Shown here piece by piece: positions 58,908 through 64,000 of a stretch of 64,000 bases of DNA. Source of the DNA: Prochlorococcus sp. AG-402-I23. GTDB lineage: Bacteria > Cyanobacteriota > Cyanobacteriia > PCC-6307 > Cyanobiaceae. Below the pieces are notes generated by a model that saw nothing but the letters and a program-made list of their open reading frames with translations, had not been told where the DNA came from and did not search any database. Position 1 is the first letter of the stretch. Each line of letters begins with the position of its first letter. The stretch is taken from positions 4,091-68,090 of the forward strand of contig QCIB01000007.1 in the NCBI GenBank assembly GCA_003216915.1. The letters run 5' to 3'. Both the position numbers and the translations under genes were made by a program.

Positions 58908-59300
58908 TTGGATAGGCCCATAACCCCCATAGACGAATTTGAAAGAGCATTAGATAAAGCAGCTCTTACTAAAGAAGAATATGAATTGATAGACTACATC
59001 CGCTATACAAGTGTTTTTACACAACCTAGTCTTATTAAAGATTTAAAAAGACCATCAAAACCTCCTCTTTTGTCAGTTTTATGTCAAATTTGCAGAAAAA
59101 TTGGTTCGGAGATGCCAGATCATTTCAAAAAAGTAATTGAGTGGTCAATTGAAATAAGTGATCACAATACAAAATGGGATGCTCATTTAATTTGCGCAGA
59201 AGCATTGAATATAGACAAAATCCCATTAAGTCCTATTAATGGCACAACTTTATTTGATGTTCTTGTTGTACATAAAGAATTATTTCTTGGATTTGATTGA
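58908..59300 (+). CDS. Hypothetical protein
   Basis: 130-aa ORF, TTG start 4 nt after tatA. Confidence 0.75.
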   Translation: MDRPITPIDEFERALDKAALTKEEYELIDYIRYTSVFTQPSLIKDLKRPSKPPLLSVLCQICRKIGSEMPDHFKKVIEWSIEISDHNTKWDAHLICAEALNIDKIPLSPINGTTLFDVLVVHKELFLGFD

Positions 59301-59311
59301 ATTAAATTAAA

Positions 59312-59629
59312 TTAATCATCTAAAGGCACCGAATCAGTATCTATAACTTCCGAATCATCATAATTATTTATTTTATTTTCAATCCAGTTATTTATATAAC
59401 TAACTAAAGGCAATGAACCTCTAAAAATAAAAATAGAAGTAGGCAATGCGCTTAATAAGCCGAATACAGGACTTTTAAAAAGTAATCTTCCAGCTTTAAT
59501 GTTAAATAAAATAATAAGCGCTGAGGGAACTATAACTTTAACTACTGTTTTGAGAGCCTCAAGCCAACCAACACGATATGTCCACCATATTAAAATTACG
59601 CCAACTATATATAGAAATAAGTAAGTCAT
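59312..59629 (-). CDS. Hypothetical membrane protein
   Basis: 105-aa ORF with hydrophobic segments. Confidence 0.75.
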   Translation of the reverse strand: MTYLFLYIVGVILIWWTYRVGWLEALKTVVKVIVPSALIILFNIKAGRLLFKSPVFGLLSALPTSIFIFRGSLPLVSYINNWIENKINNYDDSEVIDTDSVPLDD

Positions 59630-59720
59630 AAAAATAGTATAATAATTTTCTATTTATCTTGTTCTTACTAAGAAAAAGATTTTATAAATTTTTTTTACAT
59701 CAATTAATCAAATTCTAGTA

Positions 59721-59936
59721 ATGAGTTTTTCTGAAATAAGAAAATTTTTAATTAAAATGCAATCTGATGAAGACTTAAAAAAGCAGGTTACTACGTCCTC
59801 TACAGCAGATGATGTAGCACTGATAGGTCAACGCTTAGGTTATGACTTTTCAGGAGATGATCTCTTAAGATTTAATGGACAAAAAGTTGATAAAGTTACC
59901 GTAAGAAAGGTAGATCATCCAGGAGAATACCACTAA
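59721..59936 (+). CDS. Nif11-like leader peptide domain protein
   Basis: MS..E...FL.K...D..L...V, V..I....GY.FS..DL pattern. Confidence 0.78.
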   Translation: MSFSEIRKFLIKMQSDEDLKKQVTTSSTADDVALIGQRLGYDFSGDDLLRFNGQKVDKVTVRKVDHPGEYH

Positions 59937-59937
59937 A

Positions 59938-60423
59938 TTAAGACTTAACCCATATTGCAAGCCCTCCGCCCCTGCCTCGAGCACATAACCAATTATCTTT
60001 AGTGCTAATTCCTACAAGTGAAAAAAAAGGCATTTTTTTATCTTCTGGTTTTTTTAATTCCTTTTTAAATATTGGAAGACTACTAATACTAATTTTCAAT
60101 TCTTCAAAATAAAAAACCAATAAAGGTCTAAGCCCTTTTAATTCTGCCCTGCCTATAAAAGTAATATTTAATAATCCGAAATTAATTGAATTTTTTATTT
60201 CATAATTTATTTGATCCTCTTTATTTTTACTTTTTAATTCGAGTTTTGCCGACAATAATTGGAGAATCGAACTGGGTATATTTTTGATTTCATCTGACTC
60301 CTTTCCCCATACATACTTAAACTTCCATATTCCTAACAACTCCTCATGTACAATGCCGCTACCATTTTTTTGAGAATTTTTTTCTAATAGCTTTATCTCA
60401 TTAATATCAGGAAAATTTTTCAT
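59938..60423 (-). CDS. PAP/fibrillin-like (lipocalin fold) protein
   Basis: L.G.W.F.YVW near the N-terminus, ARGRGGGLA.W at the C-terminus; start trimmed to MKNFP. Confidence 0.62.
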   Translation of the reverse strand: MKNFPDINEIKLLEKNSQKNGSGIVHEELLGIWKFKYVWGKESDEIKNIPSSILQLLSAKLELKSKNKEDQINYEIKNSINFGLLNITFIGRAELKGLRPLLVFYFEELKISISSLPIFKKELKKPEDKKMPFFSLVGISTKDNWLCARGRGGGLAIWVKS

Positions 60424-60596
60424 AATAAATCTTAATCTAAGAATCAAATACTAAGATAACTTCACAAAAAATGTTCTTAGTTAAAAAATCTCTCCAAAAA
60501 GATTTCTTTGTTTCAATATATTTCCAAGAAAATAATTTTTTGGCACACATATGGAACAAGATCTCGTTATTATGTTTACATAAAGTAATTAAGTTA

Positions 60597-60707
60597 ATGG
60601 ATTTTATTTCTAAAAGTCAAGGATACATACCTCTTAAAGCAGTTCCTTACATATTTTTCCTAGCTGTTGTACTAAGTATTACAACCTCAACTAATATAAT
60701 TGTCTAA
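60597..60707 (+). CDS. Putative 36-aa membrane peptide (MDFISKSQGYIPLKAVPYIFFLAVVLSITTSTNIIV)
   Basis: 3' part of track ORF 60471-60707; ATG at 60597 preferred. Confidence 0.6.
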   Translation: MDFISKSQGYIPLKAVPYIFFLAVVLSITTSTNIIV

Positions 60708-60746
60708 AACGAATTAGTTTTAAGAAAAGAGCAAAGTAAATATTTG

Positions 60747-62276
60747 ATGGATAAGTTTGATGTTGTAATAGTCGGTAGTGGAATAGGGGGATTATGTTGT
60801 GGTTCGATTCTCGCCTTATCAGGTAAAAAAGTTCTTATATGTGAAGCACATACCCAGCCTGGAGGTGTTGCTCACAGTTTCAAAAGAAAAGGTTACACTT
60901 TCGAATCAGGTCCTTCATTGTGGAGTGGAATAGGTAAATGGCCGACAACCAATCCCTTAGGGCAAATTCTTAAATTACTTGATGAAGAAGTTGAACTATT
61001 GCAATACAAAGGTTGGCAAGTAATTGTCCCAGAAGGCAATTTTAATCTTGATGTGGGGGAAGAACCTTTTAAACAAACAATTAAAACTTTAAGAGGTGAT
61101 AAATCTGTTAAAGAATGGGAATCATTTATTTCCGGAATAAAACCTCTTAGCCAAATAATAAATGAAATACCTTTACTCTCATTTTCTCCCGAATCAATAA
61201 ATTTCTTAGATCTAATAAATTTAACCTCAAAAATTTTACCTAATATCAAGCAAATACCAAAAATTAATAAGGGCTTTGGGAATTTAGTAAATAATCATCT
61301 AGAGGATCCATTTCTCAGAAATTGGGTTGATTTATTGAGCTTTTTGATAAGTGGTATGTCAATGCATGATACAAATACAGCTGCGATGGCTACTTTATTC
61401 AACGAATGGTTTGAACCAAATTCATACCTTGAATACCCTAAAGGAGGTAGTGAATCTATCGTAAAAGCCTTAATTAATGGATTTAAAAAAAATGGAGGAG
61501 AATTAATTCTCTCTTCGAGAGTAAAGATAATTAACTTCAATAAAAATTTAGCGACAGGTATAACTCTTAATAATGGTTCTAGTTATAGTTGTGAATATGT
61601 TGTCACGAATACTGATGCTTGGAATTTAAAGAAGTTAATTCCAAATGAAATTTCAAAAAAATGGAATACAAAAGTTTTGCACCCTAATAAATGTGATTCT
61701 TTCCTTCATATACATCTAGGTTTTGATGCTGATGGTCTTGAAGATTTGCCAATACACGCGATACATGTTGATGAGTGGGAAAAAGGTATAACAGCAGAAA
61801 GAAATATAGCTGTATTTTCAATCCCATCTGTTTTAGATAAAAATATGGCCCCTAAAGGGAAACATTCTCTTCATGGATATACTCCCGCAAATGAACCTTG
61901 GGAAATTTGGGAAAACCTAAATCCAAAGGAATTCGAATATAGAAATTTGAAAGAAGAAAGATGTTCAATATTCCTTAATGCAATGCGGAAATTCATCCCT
62001 GACATAGATGAGAGGATTGATTTAAAAATGCTAGGAACCCCAATCACTCATAAAAAATTCACCAATACCTATTGCGGTAGTTACGGCCCTGCATTATCTG
62101 CAGCAAAAGGTCTTTTCCCAGGGTGCAAAACTCCAGTGAAAAATTTATTTACTTGCGGTGCAAGTACATTTCCAGGTATTGGAATTCCTGCTGTTTCAGC
62201 AAGTGGGGCTTACGCAGCTGAACAAATTATTGGTAAAAAAGAATTTAAAACTCTTCTTAAGAAAATAAATTTATGA
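60747..62276 (+). CDS. Phytoene desaturase / carotenoid isomerase (CrtH-like) family FAD oxidoreductase
   Basis: VGSGIGG dinucleotide fold, PGG.AH.F.R.GY.FESGPS, GTP.TH, FPGIG.PAV..SG. Confidence 0.9.
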   Translation: MDKFDVVIVGSGIGGLCCGSILALSGKKVLICEAHTQPGGVAHSFKRKGYTFESGPSLWSGIGKWPTTNPLGQILKLLDEEVELLQYKGWQVIVPEGNFNLDVGEEPFKQTIKTLRGDKSVKEWESFISGIKPLSQIINEIPLLSFSPESINFLDLINLTSKILPNIKQIPKINKGFGNLVNNHLEDPFLRNWVDLLSFLISGMSMHDTNTAAMATLFNEWFEPNSYLEYPKGGSESIVKALINGFKKNGGELILSSRVKIINFNKNLATGITLNNGSSYSCEYVVTNTDAWNLKKLIPNEISKKWNTKVLHPNKCDSFLHIHLGFDADGLEDLPIHAIHVDEWEKGITAERNIAVFSIPSVLDKNMAPKGKHSLHGYTPANEPWEIWENLNPKEFEYRNLKEERCSIFLNAMRKFIPDIDERIDLKMLGTPITHKKFTNTYCGSYGPALSAAKGLFPGCKTPVKNLFTCGASTFPGIGIPAVSASGAYAAEQIIGKKEFKTLLKKINL

Positions 62277-62392
62277 ATCGAGTTTTTTTTATAACTCTAA
62301 AAACACTTAGTTAAGAAATAAGAATAAAGAAAGCAAAAACTTTCAATAATGATAATCTTTATCTGAACATAAACTTAACTTATAGCTCTTAT

Positions 62393-62596
62393 ATGTTTTT
62401 CTTATCAATTCCTCAAGCTTGGCATTTAGTTGGCACTTGGTCAGAACAACTTCCAAGCGAGTCAAATCTTATAGGAATGGGCCAAACAGAATTAATGATG
62501 ACTTTACATTCAATATTCGTTCCTCTCTTACTTGTAATTTCATATTACCTATTCAATAGAATTAATAAGAACGAATCAAAGAAAATCAAAGGATGA
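62393..62596 (+). CDS. Small single-TM hypothetical protein
   Basis: 67-aa ORF with ATG start. Confidence 0.72.
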   Translation: MFFLSIPQAWHLVGTWSEQLPSESNLIGMGQTELMMTLHSIFVPLLLVISYYLFNRINKNESKKIKG

Positions 62597-62607
62597 TCTT
62601 TTAAGGT

Positions 62608-62898
62608 TTATTTAGCTGAACTTCTTCTAACTACTTTTCTGCCTGTAGAAGTATCAACTCCGCTTGAATCGTTAGTTTGTGAATTAGTTTCAATATTATC
62701 AACATCACTCTTATCCATCTCTGCACAAACACCTACTACCATGGCAGCTTGCATTTGATCTGGCAAATCTCCAATAGTTAATAAGGCCTTTAAAACTAAT
62801 TGAAGTCGAGTTTGCCGATCTATTTCAGGTCTTAGTTTTTTTACGGTATTCCAAAGTTCTTGGGTAACTTCTTTTAAAAGTTCTCGATCTACAGCCAA
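62608..62898 (-). CDS. TIGR03894-like conserved picocyanobacterial protein
   Basis: D.ELL.EV..ELW..VKKLRP...RL.L.LKAL..IGDL.D...AAMVVG.C.E; family recalled from memory. Confidence 0.75.
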   Translation of the reverse strand: MAVDRELLKEVTQELWNTVKKLRPEIDRQTRLQLVLKALLTIGDLPDQMQAAMVVGVCAEMDKSDVDNIETNSQTNDSSGVDTSTGRKVVRRSSAK

Positions 62899-62988
62899 AT
62901 TAAATCCTTCTTGTACTTCTACTAATCTAACAAAAAATTGGATCTCGTAAAATAATATTCACTAAAAAGATTGTTAGTTAATATTTTT

Positions 62989-63195
62989 CTAACCGAATAC
63001 AAGTTGCATTTGTTGATGCAATTCATTCTTCTCTTGCAAAAGTTCATCTTTTTCAATCTTTTTAAGAGTAAAAGTTCTATAAAATTTTTTTTGAATCTTT
63101 ATTGGAGTATTTTCAAACTTTGCATTTTTTCTTATTAGAGAATTCCACTCTTTTGAATTAAAAGGGGCATAAGGAGAAGATGAAATCACTTTCAT
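62989..63195 (-). CDS. Hypothetical 68-aa protein, probably SOS-regulated
   Basis: ORF track; LexA-like boxes directly upstream. Confidence 0.75.
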   Translation of the reverse strand: MKVISSSPYAPFNSKEWNSLIRKNAKFENTPIKIQKKFYRTFTLKKIEKDELLQEKNELHQQMQLVFG

Positions 63196-63202
63196 ATCTT
63201 AA

Positions 63203-63238
63203 TAATACATCTGTACTAATAATAGTACATAATTACTA
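63203..63238 (-). promoter_or_regulatory. Two tandem LexA (SOS) boxes
   Basis: TAATACA-TC-TGTACTA (63203-18) and TAGTACA-TA-ATTACTA (63223-38) versus consensus TAGTACA-N2-TGTACTA (1 and 2 mismatches). Confidence 0.72.
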
Positions 63239-63494
63239 TAGTGCAACAACCCCATCCACTTGTCTTAATTTTAAAGTACCTTTGCAAATAGATTGATTTT
63301 TTTTATCTAATTTGTAGAATCAATAAGTTTCATAAATTAATCAACGTATCATAGATAACTTATTGATCCCTTTTTTTAGTGTTTTAAGACTTTTCTTGCT
63401 AAAAACCATTTAAAATAGTGAATTTGTTGAAATTAACATTGACATGATATTTTTAATAATCCTTCCTATAAAAAGAATAATAAATTGATCAAAA

Positions 63495-63803
63495 ATGCTT
63501 CTTAGTAATTCAAAAAGACTTAGGATCCTAGGAATAATTAAAAAAATTGCTCATGATAAATCAATTACATTAGAAGAAAGGATATATGTTGAGAAATTTG
63601 CACGCCATAATTCGACAATTTCTCTTTGGCTGAAAAAAGCAAACAGCTTTAGAAGAAATGGTATAAAAAATGATGGGGGGATTGATAACCTCTTACAATC
63701 ATTTGGGATAGATGGACTAGAAAAAGAAAATCATTTCAACCCAAATGAAGATGATATATCTGATTGGTTTGGCGGTGCTCCTGGTTGGCTAAGGAGAAGT
63801 TAG
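63495..63803 (+). CDS. Conserved hypothetical protein
   Basis: 102-aa ORF; LS...RLR...I..KIA....I.LEERIY..K, WF.GAP.WL. Confidence 0.82.
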   Translation: MLLSNSKRLRILGIIKKIAHDKSITLEERIYVEKFARHNSTISLWLKKANSFRRNGIKNDGGIDNLLQSFGIDGLEKENHFNPNEDDISDWFGGAPGWLRRS

Positions 63804-63816
63804 ATTCATTAATTAT

Positions 63817-63930
63817 TCAACTTACCCAGGCGATACCACACAAATATATACTCATAAAAGATATAAATACCCAAAAAACCCATGGTATAAATTTAATCGG
63901 AACTGAATATTTCTTTGAAAAGGTTTTCAT
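63817..63930 (-). CDS. Putative 37-aa membrane peptide (MKTFSKKYSVPIKFIPWVFWVFISFMSIYLCGIAWVS)
   Basis: Hand-translated; shares a motif with the 60597 peptide. Confidence 0.58.
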   Translation of the reverse strand: MKTFSKKYSVPIKFIPWVFWVFISFMSIYLCGIAWVS

Positions 63931-64000
63931 ATACATTTTTCTTTTAGGTTATTTCTTCCTTACTGTTTTTGAGAATAGGTTTAATTGCTCTATTTATGGA

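Larger units (their letters stand above)
43496..64000. other. Island-like variable region starting at the tRNA-Thr 3' end
   Basis: Abrupt change from long housekeeping genes to many short ORFs in mixed orientation with AT-rich spacers; no integrase seen; right boundary not defined within the window. Confidence 0.7.

Noticed and set aside
43496-64000. Integrase, transposase, attR tRNA fragment or CRISPR array
   Set aside because: No recombinase motifs, no repeat of the tRNA-Thr 3' end and no regularly spaced repeats found by eye; a short degenerate att could have been missed

Overview
Very AT-rich, compact cyanobacterial chromosome segment. Gene content and order point to a high-light Prochlorococcus marinus strain; this is inferred, not looked up. 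Bases 1-43,300 are mostly core genome: ndhB (3' part), birA, menG/ubiE, hisF, chlG, a class A PBP, rsmB, lepA, mqo, murE, rpsD, two metB-like genes with cysK, queA, pdhC, lipB, hpf, recO, proC-sepF-pipY-pipX, der, cobI, miaE and aroQ. Two inserts interrupt the core: a bacterial (6-4)-type photolyase operon, and a DUF4278 gene behind an NtcA box and a glutamine-II riboswitch. A tRNA-Tyr/tRNA-Thr pair at 43.3-43.5 kb marks the start of an island-like region running to the window end. It is rich in very small ORFs, many below the ORF-track cutoff, and carries thiD/tenA, a second photolyase, pip, a CAAX protease, arfB, bcp, tatA, a Nif11-like gene and a carotenoid isomerase-like oxidoreductase. 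Best candidates for follow-up: a ~300-nt highly base-paired non-coding element (52.56-52.87 kb), a gene cassette bounded by 14-bp direct repeats within a trio of ferredoxin-fold genes, a family of single-TM micropeptides, tandem LexA boxes before an unknown 68-aa gene, and a DeoC apparently lacking its catalytic lysine. No CRISPR array, integrase, transposase or rRNA was seen.
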